Shown: positions 49,769 through 62,622, numbered from the whole stretch's first letter. The stretch: 63,951 bases of DNA, filler included, from Basidiobolus ranarum (GCA_040143965.1; 48 parts of 48 records of this genome joined end to end with filler, not necessarily neighbours in it), one strand, 5' to 3'. Notes: generated from the letters alone by a model not told the origin. Numbers and translations: made by a program.

Positions 49769-50650
49769 ATGTGGCTTCTTCTGACTTTGATCACGCTTAC
49801 CCTCACATCACACGTGTCTGGATTTCGACACTTCGACGAGTCCACAATCCCAAAAACTCTTTCTACAGCATGCAAGCAAGTTTTACTTATGGATATCAAC
49901 TGTCCTCCGGAAATGTTCAATGCTCGTCTTGGAAATATAAATTTGATGCAAGTCAAACAAATATGTGACCGCCAAGAGTGTAGTGCCGCATTATCTAGAT
50001 TTGCCAACGAAGTTAAAGCCAGTTGTAACGGACAGGTCATTGAAAGTGTCACAATCCAGGAAGCTATGGTGGACTGGTATAATATCAATTATGAGTTAGC
50101 TTGTCAAAAGGATTCATCACAGAACTATTGCGCCGTTTCTCTGGCTCAACTTCTATATGAAAGGAATCTTAAATCGGCCATGTTAGATGAATATCAACTT
50201 GATATCCTGTGCTCTGAATGCCTCAGTAAGCGCGTGGGATTAGAGTCCAAAATGAATGTTAGTAAGTATTCTGAAGTTGACGTTCAGTTTATCAAGAGCA
50301 CTTGCAACCCCGCCGTGTATTCACCCCTTCCGAGTCCTATTGAGGGTGACAAAGAAGCCACCTATCCCACGCCTACTTGTGCAGAATTAAGTTACAGTGT
50401 CAACAGAGGAGATACTTGCTATGGAATTATGTCAATCTTTCATTTAGAGCTGGATCAGCTGTTAGCACTGAATCCGGGCTTGGTTTGCGACCACCTGGCA
50501 GTGGGTCAGAATGTATGTGTAAAACAAATTCCAACTCTCACGAGGTACCGTTTGCATTCATAATGTTATTTCTAGGCGGCTTTCATTCAACTATTCTACA
50601 ATTCAGCACAACAGGTCTACCTACTCCCACACCAAAAGATTGCCAGGGGT
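49769..50650 (+). CDS. Secreted Cys-rich LysM-domain protein (3'-partial; probable intron 50545-50606)
   Basis: Signal peptide; LSTAC…LCSECL N-domain; LysM YSVNRGDTCYGI…LLALNPGLVCDHLAVGQNVCV; the splice restores the STTGLPTPTPKDC linker; TATAAAA at ~49710. Confidence 0.9.
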
Positions 50651-50750
50651 NNNNNNNNNNNNNNNNNNNNNNNNNNNNNNNNNNNNNNNNNNNNTTAATT
50701 AATTAANNNNNNNNNNNNNNNNNNNNNNNNNNNNNNNNNNNNNNNNNNNN

Positions 50751-51357
50751 TTTGTCTTTAACATTAAGACAAATTGTGTTAAAGGCACTTTGTTCTTGTT
50801 TAACCTGGAGTAAAACTTTGGTTTCAGATAGTTTTGCATTGTTTTCTTCTCCCACAACAATGTCCCAAAGTTCTTTTTCTTGCAGCAGCATTTTCATTTT
50901 AATTTTCCAAACTTGATAATTGGTTCCATCCAATTTTTCAAAAGAGGGAAAAGTTCCATAGATTTGAGAAGTAGACATCACAGAGAGTGCAAGCTCGGGG
51001 CTCATAACCTGATAAAGTACTTGGGAGCCTGTTGGAAGTGGTTTGGAGAATTAGAGGAATTGGTGGTCTTCACTTATTGATTTATTGAGTATTCAGTTGA
51101 CATTTATAGTTTTGTCAAGATGTAAACAGACTAACATGTAGAATGTGTTAAGGAAGGTCCCAAGAATATGTGTGCAAAGTTTGGGGCTTCTAGCACAAGT
51201 TTGAAAAATCTATATATCTGAAAACTTCTAATTTGGTGTCAATATTGTAAGTAAATTCCTTATGAGAATAATGGATAATATCTTAGTGAATTATAAGAAA
51301 ACTAAGTACTAAGCTATATATGACTATATAGGTGTTTAGGCAATGCTAATTTCAACA
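50751..51357 (-). mobile_element. Copia 5' end: LTR-A (51010-51357), PBS (50996-51009) and gag start
   Basis: EKLDGTNYQVWKIKMKMLLQEKELWDIV gag N-terminus; PBS GGTTATGAGCCCCG abuts the LTR CA. Confidence 0.95.
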
Positions 51358-52081
51358 GTAGGCACATCACCTGGTAGGACTATAGAGAGAAATATCACCA
51401 AATTAGCATGAACTAAACTAGGTACAAACAACTAACTAAAACTCCGCGTAATCAAAAGTACAAGATAAATACCATCAATGAGAAACAAGGTACAAATCTT
51501 GGGTTTCCCTGTATTGCTATCCCATGTTAAGTTGATTTTTTAATTATTTCAAGAGCGCACTAAGATGCACAATCATGTCGTGATTTCTATATTCATCTTC
51601 TGTAGCATCTATTTGGTTGCGGATATTGTGTCAGTCCCTCTCGAAATATCACACAAAGATCAAGCATACATGGCGATGATAGTTTATTATTGATAAAGAG
51701 ATACTTCATGCCATTATTTTGATATGTACACTATTGTCCCTCTCACGATCCTGAAAGCATGATGGCTACCTTTCTACAGCAAAGGAAACTACTTACTTTA
51801 GTCTCCATTGTTTGAAGTTAAACAGGTGTAAGTATAGATGTCAATTACGAATTTGAAGGCTGGAAGCAATAATTTGAAGGCTGGAAGCAATATTTGTGAA
51901 TTACTTGTTAGCTTTATTCAGTACGGATTTAACTTTGCTTCAATAGATGCGTTCAGATATAGCTACATGATACTGTGTAATNNNNNNNNNNNNNNNNNNN
52001 NNNNNNNNNNNNNNNNNNNNNNNNNTTAATTAATTAANNNNNNNNNNNNNNNNNNNNNNNNNNNNNNNNNNNNNNNNNNNN

Positions 52082-52970
52082 TCAATCCAATCTTAGCAAC
52101 CAGGTGTTTATTGGTTTTCTTACACTTTTACCACAGTTGATTGACAACTGTTGCTTGCCACAGACCTGGTACAAGTGGAAAACACTTGTCAATTGTATGA
52201 CTTATAATTCATTAGTAATTAAACTGCCTTCATGTCTAAATGGTTGTTTGACTTTCACCAGTGATCTGAAAAACCTGAAGGCATGTACTGAATGCACACA
52301 ATTGGTAATCACTGAATCAGGTAAATATTGTTCATATTTGGCTTACATACCATAGATTCCCCGTCTTAAAGTTTTGATGAAATCACCCAAATATAGATCA
52401 TTGATCCAATACCAAAGTACTTACTGTAAAGCTGATGGTATTACCAATATACTTGATGGATATCACTACCAGAATCTAAAAAGTTAAGGTTTCTTTGAGA
52501 ACATGTATGATCATGCATTTGCATTGCCTCTGGATAGTTTCTCACTAAACAAATATACTGTTGGAAAGGCTTGCTGGCCAATAACTTTAATCAACTTAAA
52601 TCTTGCTCCTTCTGAATGCAAAGACTGGAAGTATTGGATTTGTCTATATTCAAGTAGAATTTTGAAAAGATTTCTGCCTGATCAGTATAGGCAACATTGG
52701 GAGTTGTTTGTGGATATTGATAATATATTCTTACAACATCAACTCACATTGGCAGATCTCAGTCAGATACAGCAACTGTGTGAAGATTTTGTAATTAGAT
52801 ATGAAAAATTTATTACAGGTTTAAAGAAGGTAGATTGAATCTATGCCAGTATTCAATACATTCCCTGCTGCATCTTTCACAATGCTTCAAGATTATAGGC
52901 CCTTGCTATACATTCTGGGAGTTCCCAATGGAGCACACCTGTGGTGAAATGATGCTCCGTGTGAAATTGT
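52082..52970 (+). mobile_element. CMC/EnSpm-like transposase with an internal deletion (~52617), interrupted by terminus B at 52971
   Basis: NLAPSE is joined directly to CKDWKYW; GPCYTFWEFPMEHTCG. Confidence 0.88.
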
Positions 52971-53520
52971 CCCTAACAAAAATAAAATCGGTTTGATCCG
53001 GATTGGATCCACCCTCAAAAATAGCAAAACCGTCAGAGAACCATCACAATATTGTTGGTTTGCATTCTGCCAGAGATTGTGATGATGTGACAGTGGCTTC
53101 TTGACAGTATCTTAATGGTATTTATACATGTTAAAATATTGATCCTCAAATTTGGCATGTGTTATTCAATATCCAGCAATTTTTGCAAAAATATAATTTT
53201 CAAATGGCAAATTACTGGGTTTACTGCTTGTTGTGCACCAACATACAAAGTTGTTTAACTTACGCCATATCTATACAACTTGCATGAATATCTGTTTAGT
53301 TTATCATTCTTGNNNNNNNNNNNNNNNNNNNNNNNNNNNNNNNNNNNNNNNNNNNNTTAATTAATTAANNNNNNNNNNNNNNNNNNNNNNNNNNNNNNNN
53401 NNNNNNNNNNNNAAGTGATATTTGACTAAATAATGTTGACTAACTAATATGTGATATATGAAATAGTTAGGTGTATAAAGATAGGGATAACATATATGAT
53501 AAAGACAATAAACTTCAACA

Positions 53521-54643
53521 CAGGTTTAGCTCCAAACCAAGCTGGATATGGTGTAGATTTAGACGCACTTTTAGTGAAACTCCTATTCTTCAGATATACA
53601 GCTGTAGCAACAGATTCTATCCAAAAGTTATGAGATAGATTTTGTGCCTTTATCATAGTTCTTGCCATATTTATTATAATCCTGTTGGCTCTTTCAGGAA
53701 CTCCATTTTGTTGAGGTGAATAGAGGGCAGTGGTTGCTTGCTTAATTCCATGAACTTTACAGAAGTGCTTGAACAATATTGAAGTATGTTCTCCACCATT
53801 ATTGGTAAACGTTTTCTTGATTTTAGTTCCAGTTTCAGTCTCTGCAAGTGTTTTAAAATCTCTAAAAATAGAGAGAGCTTCTCCTTTTCTTTCCATAAAG
53901 TAGACCCAAGTGCATCTTGTTTAATCATCAATAAATGTGTTTAAATATCTTTTTCTGCCTAAAGATAGATTTTGCTTAAATTTGCACAAATCTGAATGAA
54001 TTAGATCCAATTTTTTGACAGATCTGATTAAACTAGAGCTCTTGAATAGTTGCCTGGCTTGTTTTCAAAATGTACAACCCTCACAAATTTTCATTTAGGT
54101 TGATGTATTAATTTGAATTCCAGAAATTAGGCAATTTTTGATCATTTTGCTCAAATAATATAATCCAATATGGCCAAATCTCTTAAGCCATAATTGAATA
54201 GTTTCTTGATTGGAATACCTTATATTTATGCATAAACCTCTTGGATTATATGAAAGTTTGTATAAGTTCTGATCCTTTTCCCCAAAGCTAAATAATTCTC
54301 ATTTTGATCAGTGATGGTACATCCTAATTTATCTAAATTGAATTTCAGCCCTTCTGAGGTGGCCTTGCATACAGTTATTAAATTCTTGGCAATATCTGGA
54401 ACATGTAGTAAATCCTTAAAAGTATATACTTTCTCATCAGAAGCTCCAGTTAAATTGACTTGAATTGTTCCCATTCCAATTGCATCCAATGTGTGATCAT
54501 CTCCCATGAAAGCCTTTCTAATTGGGATTTCTTCATAATGCACAAACCAATGTTTTTCATTTGTGAAATGTTGGGAGGCTCCAGGATCAATATACCATGT
54601 CTGAGAATCCTTGTTGGCAGTCATGGATAGAGCAGATACTGCC
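53521..54643 (-). mobile_element. Copia protease-integrase remnant
   Basis: Near-copy of 32170-33290. Confidence 0.92.
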
Positions 54644-54743
54644 NNNNNNNNNNNNNNNNNNNNNNNNNNNNNNNNNNNNNNNNNNNNTTAATTAATTAAN
54701 NNNNNNNNNNNNNNNNNNNNNNNNNNNNNNNNNNNNNNNNNNN

Positions 54744-54859
54744 TGGACGCATGATGGAAGTGGATCGTTCAAGATATCACTTTCTGGGATGGCGGCATTG
54801 GCAGTGATGAAGACTGTCGCTAGGACAGTGCTTGCCAGAAGAGTAGAGAGATAAACCAT
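54744..54859 (-). CDS. N-terminus of a secreted protein (3'-partial)
   Basis: MVYLSTLLASTVLATVFITANAAIPESDILNDPLPSCV: signal peptide with an ANA-A cleavage site; CATAAATAG upstream. Confidence 0.7.
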
Positions 54860-55769
54860 AGTGAATATGGTTTGTGAGAAGGGGTGTATGGCTATTTATG
54901 TGGATTTTTAACTAGTGATTTGCGGTAAGGCATGGTTGTACAATGTGAGAATGATGAATTGTGCCCAAACAACCCAATGAAGAAGCAATTTGATTCATTG
55001 GCATTCAAAAACTTGCACAGGTGTTACTACTCCAAATTTTCATACACCTAGAGCATATTAGCTGAAGCTCATTATATCTCTCAACCATGGCTATAGTTAA
55101 GTAGGTACATATGTGACGCGAATTTTCTGCAGCAGTGAGTTGAGATAGGTGAATACGCAATCATGATTAATTTTGTTACAAGTATGTAACTTAAAGGGGT
55201 AGAAACTAAGAAGAATACAAGGTGAACGAAAAAAGTTGAAAACCCTGTAAATATTCGGTGATCATAGAGAATATTCAGATCTTGTGAGTATTGTCACCTC
55301 GTGTACAAATAAATTTAAAAATGTCAAATTATTCTGCATATGTTTCTTATCAAGTTCAAACCTTTTTGTAATTGCAATATTTATTATCATACTTGGTATG
55401 AAAAGATCAGCAGATGAATGGGAAATTTAAACTAAGTGCACACCATCATTTACAGTCCTAAACTTAATGAAAATTGTGGGAGGATCTATGTAAACTCCTG
55501 AAATAGGTCAACTATTTCAAGCGCTCGAAAACCCCAGTTATATGTATATATTATTTGAGCGAATATTGAATTCAGAAGCTAGTGTACTAATTTGCATCGA
55601 TAATAATAATCGCCACCAATATAAGTTAAGGACGATTAATAAATGTAATATAAATATAATCAATTTATTTGTGAACAACAAAATTACGTAAATAGTTAGT
55701 GTGACTCTAGCCTAAAACTTTTAGTCTGCATGAAGCATTAGTGAATATTACTGCAGGTAACGATGCAAC

Positions 55770-55973
55770 CTAAAGGGGAAAGCTTGGTCCAACATCCTTG
55801 GGGGATAATGGATTACGTTTGACCCGGGCATCAGAAAGCTCATCAGCACCAATATCTGGCTTACCATCATTACGAGGTTGGCCTTGAATATCATCGGTAG
55901 TCGAAAACCTGGTTTGCACTGCAGAACTATTATCCGCTGGACTGCTGGAAGTCAACATTTAGGTACTGTGCAA
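55770..55973 (-). pseudogene. C-terminus of a bacterial-type polysaccharide lyase family 6-like protein; frame broken near 55960
   Basis: LTSSSPA…DIQGQPR..KPDIGADELS..RNPLSPKDVGP tail recalled from bacterial PL6 (chondroitinase-B/alginate lyase) proteins. Confidence 0.65.
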
Positions 55974-56073
55974 NNNNNNNNNNNNNNNNNNNNNNNNNNN
56001 NNNNNNNNNNNNNNNNNTTAATTAATTAANNNNNNNNNNNNNNNNNNNNNNNNNNNNNNNNNNNNNNNNNNNN

Positions 56074-56731
56074 AGAAGCAATATGGTTAAGAAAACTCTT
56101 AACAGATTTGGGTTATTCTCAAAATTCACCAACTACAATATTTCAAGATAATCAAAGTTGTATCAAATTAGCTAAAAATCCCACATTTCATAATAGAAGC
56201 AAACATGTAGATATTAAGTATCACTTCATTAGAGAGACTTTAGAGAACAAGTTTATTGACTTAACTTATTGTTCCACAGAAGACATGATTACTGATATAT
56301 TAACCAAACTATTAGCTAGACAGAAATTTGAGAAATTTAGACCTTTATTAGGATTAGTTTATATGACTATTTAATTGAGTGAGTGTTGAAATTAGCATTG
56401 CCTAAACACCTATATAGTCATATATAGCTTAGTACTTAGCTATCTTATAATTCACTAAGATATTATCAATTATTCTCAATTGGAATTTACTTGGAATATT
56501 TTTACCAACTTAGAAGTTCTTAGATGTATAGATTTTTCAAACTTGTGCTAGAAGCCCCAAACTTTGCAGACATGTTCCTGGGACCTTCTTTAACATATTC
56601 TACATGTAAGTTTGTTTACATCTTGACAAAACTACAAATGTCAACTTTTTACTCAATTAAGCAATAAGTGAAAACCACCAATTCCTCAAATTCTCCAAAC
56701 CACTTCCAACAGGCTCCCAAATACTTTAAAA
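56074..56731 (+). mobile_element. Copia RNase H, PPT and complete 3' LTR-A (56384-56731)
   Basis: Near-copy of 36631-37290 inverted. Confidence 0.95.
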
Positions 56732-56739
56732 GATATCAA

Positions 56740-57303
56740 TTGACAAAATAGTCAGTATAACATCCAACTTGGTATTAGCCATAAGTCTAAGATTATATTG
56801 CTAAAGGGGATCATCTGGAGCCAGAGCTTCCCATTAGGCACTATGCACTTACTATTCAACAACATTCCAATACCACTTACTCTGCTATATAGTGGAAAAT
56901 TAAATATGAATGAGCCATTTGAGATAGGATCAAAGTTTGAATTGATTGGCAAGATGCTTGAATACATCAAGATACCATCATATTTTATCAGGACTTCCAT
57001 CAATATCCACTCATCTAGGTGTTTAATCAAATGCAAAGACTGGAAGTATTGGATTTGTATATATTCAAGTGGAATTTTGAAAAGATTCCTGCCTGATAAG
57101 TATTGGCAACATTGGGAGTTGTTTGTCAATATTGTTAATATACTCTTACAGCATCAACTCACATTGGCAGATCTCAGGCAGATACAGCAACAGTGCAAAG
57201 ATTTTGTAATTGGATATGAAGAACTTTATTACAGGTTTAAAGAAGATAGACTGAATCTATGCCAGTATTCAATTCATTCCCTGCTGCATCTTTCACAATG
57301 CTT
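56740..57303 (+). mobile_element. CMC/EnSpm-like transposase fragment
   Basis: FPLGTMHLLFNNI…KCKDWKYW…IHSLLHLSQC in one open frame. Confidence 0.9.
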
Positions 57304-58274
57304 NNNNNNNNNNNNNNNNNNNNNNNNNNNNNNNNNNNNNNNNNNNNTTAATTAATTAANNNNNNNNNNNNNNNNNNNNNNNNNNNNNNNNNNNNNNNNN
57401 NNNTAACTGGCTGACCACTTGATTTCGGAGCCAGCTGACGCGATGAGTTCATATGGTACGGAAAGGAAATTCTATTCCTGTATCTCCTCTCTAGCATTCA
57501 CAATATGAATAGCTCAGACATTAATGCAGCTAATACATGCTTATAGGTAGGTTCGTTTTAACCATCTATTTCGGTGGGACCAATCAACGCGATGGATAGG
57601 ATATCGATTAGTATACGCTTAGGCAGACGGATTTCCACACCATTGGCCAACGCTAATCAATTTCGGATTCCCCTATATGGCCAGTATTATTCTAACTACC
57701 CAGGGCGAATTCTTTTCAATTACAGGATCGGAGTATAGATTTCTCAGCTATCAGCAAACCCATCCATAATGGTACACATGCTGGATTCATGGATGCATTG
57801 GTTTCCTACAAATAGAGCAATACTTACGTCGTATGCTACCTGGTTGCCAAATCCATATTCTAATCATTCTCCGGAACTTTCAACTGTTGCATACTTGGGC
57901 TTCGATAGTGAGCTCTAGAATCGTTTGGAATTCAATGATGATAGTGGATTCATCAAATATGAAATGAAAAAAATTTCTTCCTTAATATGTGGCCTTGCAA
58001 TGAATATTTTGATGATGATTAGATTTGTCTGCTGCTAGTATCATTTCGTTGTAAAACTCAATGCCTTACTTAGAATATACCTGTGATAAGGAATACCAGC
58101 CTGAAGGTGGTCCTTCGGCGTATTAGCCGAGATAGTCATAGTAGGTAAATGGTTGAAACAATGGAAAGCAGGAGGAGAAGAAAGAGACCATTCTAGAGAA
58201 GTAGCTGTTCTAGAGTAGCCTCCTTTATCTAAATGTTCTCAGATATATGGATTTTTCAAATTTATGCTAGAAGC

Positions 58275-58609
58275 TGTTGAAATTAGCATTGCCTAAGCAC
58301 CTATATAGTCATATATAGCTTAATACTTAGTTATCTTATATTTCACTAAGATATTACCCATTATTCTCAATTGGAATTTTTTACCAACTTAAAAGTTCTC
58401 AGATATATAGATTTTTTTACTTGTGCTGGAAGCCCCAAACTTTGCACACATGTTTCTGGAACCTTCCTTAACACATTCTACACGTTAGTTTGCTTACATC
58501 TTGACAAAACTAGAAATGTCAACTTTCAACTCATTAAGTCAATAAGTGAAAACCACCAATTTCTCTAATTCTCCAAACCACTTCCAACAGGCTCCCAAAT
58601 ACTTTAACA
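58275..58609 (+). repeat. Solo-type LTR-A
   Basis: TGTTGAAA…TTTAACA; other copies at 36095-36427 and 60994-61293, decayed pieces at 10346-10478, 23667-23790 and ~33600-33933. Confidence 0.9.
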
Positions 58610-59001
58610 GAACTCACGTAAAAGTTGTATGACNNNNNNNNNNNNNNNNNNNNNNNNNNNNNNNNNNNNNNNNNNNNTTAATTAATTAANNNNNNNNNNN
58701 NNNNNNNNNNNNNNNNNNNNNNNNNNNNNNNNNGCACAAGAATTTGCAACAATAATAGCAAGGCTTCTTCAAATGTTTGTGTTATGGCATGAGAAGGATA
58801 TTGTAGAAAAAAGAACAACTCCCACATAAGGGTGGTATTTTAGGTATAGCCCATCAATATCACTAGCTGATTCTGAGACGGCATCACAGATGAGTCATCA
58901 GTGGATTTACAAGATATTTCCGGTAATGGATGGCATTTTGGTTTATTATAAGCTGTTTCTAAGCAATTTCATTACATCAAGTTTACCATCCAAAAATTTC
59001 A

Positions 59002-59963
59002 ATGCCATTCAAAAAGCATTCAAAATCTGAGTCAAGATTGGCTTCCAAGCCAAAGCCTGCTGGCACAAAAGGAGAAAAACCAGCAAGAACAGAGGACTTG
59101 ATTGATGAGCAGTCTAGCAATCCACTATCCACTTTGGAAGGCATTAACATGCCGGAAGCTAACTCAAGTAATGATGAAGCATTAATCAGTTTACCAGATG
59201 TGTTCCTTTCCAGTGATAGTGCAAGTGAAGAGATTGTAATCCCCCAATTCCATAGTAAATCAATAGTTGAGCAAAGTTCAACCAAAACACCATCAAGACC
59301 ATCAGCTTCCAAAATGGCTACTTTGCCCACTATTGAATAACCCACCATAGAAAATTTGGATACAATTATTGCAATAAGGGAATCACAGGCAGAACACCAT
59401 AATGATTTGTATGCAATCATAAGTAAAAACTATGAAGCTGCTATACAGGCCATGACAAGCCATAACGCCACAATATGCAATTAATGCAGTGTTTGGAAGC
59501 AACTAGTCAACAGCTAGAGAGTCACTCAACAATGATACAACACCTTCAGAATGCTGTTCTTGAGCTACAGCAACATGCAGCTCCCTCTATCCATTCTCAT
59601 ATGGGATTTCAGTCAATCCCACACCATACATATGATTGTCACCATGACAATCTAGCAGAGCAGAATATGTGTTGGACCATTAAGCCTACACAACAACCCA
59701 AAATTACTTGGGCACATGAAAGTAGAAATCTCATAAGAAAACCGGCAAACCAAAAGACTCTGAATGTCAGAGCTGCTGTCACTTGCTCTGATGATGAGGG
59801 GTTTAACAATTTGGAAACTGCGTGGAATCTTGCCCAAAATCACCTGGATTTGAGACAATTGTGGAAAAACCAAAAACCAGGCATTACTCTGAAGGTTCTT
59901 GACTTATTTCTTGTGGCTTATCCTGAGTTTTTGCAAGCAAATGGCAATTGGGCTAGTATAAGC
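59002..59963 (+). mobile_element. CMC/EnSpm-like element ORF-B N-terminal half (one stop, one frameshift)
   Basis: Upstream 58734-58832 is the reverse complement of 61501-61610, which precedes the transposase. Confidence 0.85.
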
Positions 59964-61708
59964 NNNNNNNNNNNNNNNNNNNNNNNNNNNNNNNNNNNNN
60001 NNNNNNNTTAATTAATTAANNNNNNNNNNNNNNNNNNNNNNNNNNNNNNNNNNNNNNNNNNNNGTGCTCTTCCAAGTAGATAAGCAGCAGCAAATATATT
60101 TCTTACACCCACCACAAAAGCGATTTGTTCTTTTAATCTAACCACGTTTTGCTCTTGCCACTTCCGCATCATCTCTCGTTTTTCCACAAGTTAAATCGTT
60201 TTTCAAGAGCGTTCATAAAACTCTTTATCTAATTTAGTTGTTTTCAATAAATTGTGTATGTATCGTCAAGACGTTTTCTCCATTTGTTACTTTTGGCGTG
60301 GAGTGCTACTAATGTGTATGAAGATAAATGTCCAGGAAATACCAAACTGAAAGCATCGGCAAGTGAGATTTGAACACCAAGCCAAACATCTTGAAAGTAC
60401 AAATTTAGAGTTTTACTTGCTGGAGAAGCTGTAGACTTTGTTGTCAGTGAGTCTAATCTTCCTTTATGAGATTTTTGAAGCTGTCAACTGACTTGCTTGT
60501 CATATTGAAAATGAACATGCTAATACAAGAACAACAGATAGTTAACAATACAGAGAAGGGTTCCTAATGTTGTTATCATCGATGGCTAATATGTTTTGAC
60601 ACATATGGATCAGGATCTTGATTGTAATTGTGACTGGAGAGTAGCAAGAATAATGATCAACAATCACAAAAGAAGTAGATATGTGGGCATATAAAAATCT
60701 GTCACTAATACCATCCATTAGTACTCTCTCTCTAGAGTAACTCATATTTGCTATCAATTGATTAGATAAATGATACACCATTGTGACCAAGAGAAAAATG
60801 ATAATGTTGAAGGATCTGGTCATAATGAGGATGAACTTAGGGTGGACAAACCCAAAGGCGCCAGTGATATTGATGAGCAGAGAGCAACAACACGGCTTTT
60901 CTCAGTGTTTCTGCTGGGAGAGAGAAGCAATAAAACTTTGGACATGCTTAGCAACTGAGTCTATCCAACTCTTAGTCCTATATTATATATATATGTTGAA
61001 ATTGGCATTGCCTAAGCACCTATATAGTCATATATAGCTTAGTATTTAGTTATCATATACTGAACTAAGATGTTACCCATTATTTGATATCGGAATTTAC
61101 TTAGAAGTTCTCAAATATATAGATTTTTCAAAGAAGCCCCAAACTTTGCACACATGTTCCTGGGACCTTCCTTAACACATTCTACACGTTAGTTTGTTTA
61201 CATCTTCACGAAAGTATAAATGTCAACTGAATACTCAATAAATCAATAAGTGAAAGCCACCAATTTCTCTAATTCTCCAAACCACTCCCAACANNNNNNN
61301 NNNNNNNNNNNNNNNNNNNNNNNNNNNNNNNNNNNNNTTAATTAATTAANNNNNNNNNNNNNNNNNNNNNNNNNNNNNNNNNNNNNNNNNNNNAAGTGAT
61401 ATTTGACTAAATAATGTTGACTAACAAATATGTGATATATGAAATAGTTAGGTGTATAAAGATAGGGATAACATATATGATAAAGACAATAAACTTCAAC
61501 AACCCTTACATGGAAGGTGTTCTTTTTCTACCATATCCTTCTCATGCCGCAACACAAACATTTAAAGAAGCCCTGCTATTATTCTCCCAAATTCTTTGTG
61601 CTATGAAAGCTGGAGGCTTCATAGAAAAATAATCACAAGCACAGTCACTGTACAAAGCCACCAGATACACAAAGCCTGGTATTAAACAACAGTAATAAGT
61701 ACACAAAA

Positions 61709-62622
61709 TTGACTTTAGTTTTGCCCATTGAGTCCACTGACTGTAGTTTGCCTCAAAGTTTTGGCAACACTGCCAAAAGTCAAGATACCATGCAGTTACC
61801 ACAGTTATATGACCCAAATGATGTAGATCAAAATGCAACTTTGGTCAAACCAGTAAGTCCAGACAACTTTGAGAGCTTGATGCAAGATGTTGACCTTGGT
61901 TATTCCAGTACAAATGGTAGTATATCAGAAGTTGAAGAAGAAGATGGTGGTTTTGTTATGGACTCTTTGTTATTGGCAAACATTAGTCCACTTGTAACAC
62001 TTACTGTAAAGGAAGCAGCATTGCTTATTGAGGAGTGGAGAGTTCAATCCAATATTAACAACCAGGTGTTTATTGGTTATCTTACACTTTTACCACAGTT
62101 GATTGGCAACTGTTGCTTGCCACAGACCTGGTACAAGTGGAGAACACTTATCAATTACATGACTTTTAATCCTTCAGTAATCAAACTACCTTCATGTCCA
62201 AATGGTTGTTTGGCTTTCACTAGTGATCTAAAAAACCTGAAGTCATGTACTGTTTGCACACAATTGGCAATAACTGAATCAGGTAAGTATTGTTCCTATT
62301 TGGCTTACATACTGTTGACTCCCTTTCTTAAAGTTTCAATGAAATCACCTAAATATAGGTCATTAATCCAATACCAAAGTACTCACCGTAAAGCTGATGG
62401 TATTATCAAGATACTTGATGGATATCACTACCAGAATCACAAGAGTCAAGGTTTCTTTGAGAACATGTGTGATCATACATTTACATTGGCTCTGGATGGT
62501 TTCTCACTAAACAAATATATCATTGGAAAGGCTTGCTGGCCAATAATTTTAATCAACTTAAATCTTCCTCCTTCTGAATGGTATAAGAGTCATAATATTT
62601 TGATACTATCCATCATATCTGG
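61709..62622 (+). CDS. CMC/EnSpm-like transposase N-terminal half, open frame
   Basis: SCPNGCLAF..CTVC Cys cluster; LALDGF (first catalytic D); WPIILINLNLPPSE. Confidence 0.9.

Noticed and set aside
50545-50575. 31-nt micro-intron in the LysM gene
   Set aside because: The acceptor at 50606 gives a 62-nt intron and a more plausible PTPTP-C linker frame
57404-58230. CpG-retaining unique sequence, possibly a decayed gene
   Set aside because: No long frame or recognisable motif found by eye
58270-58614. TSD around the solo LTR-A
   Set aside because: Flanks GAAGC and GAACT match at only 3 of 5 positions
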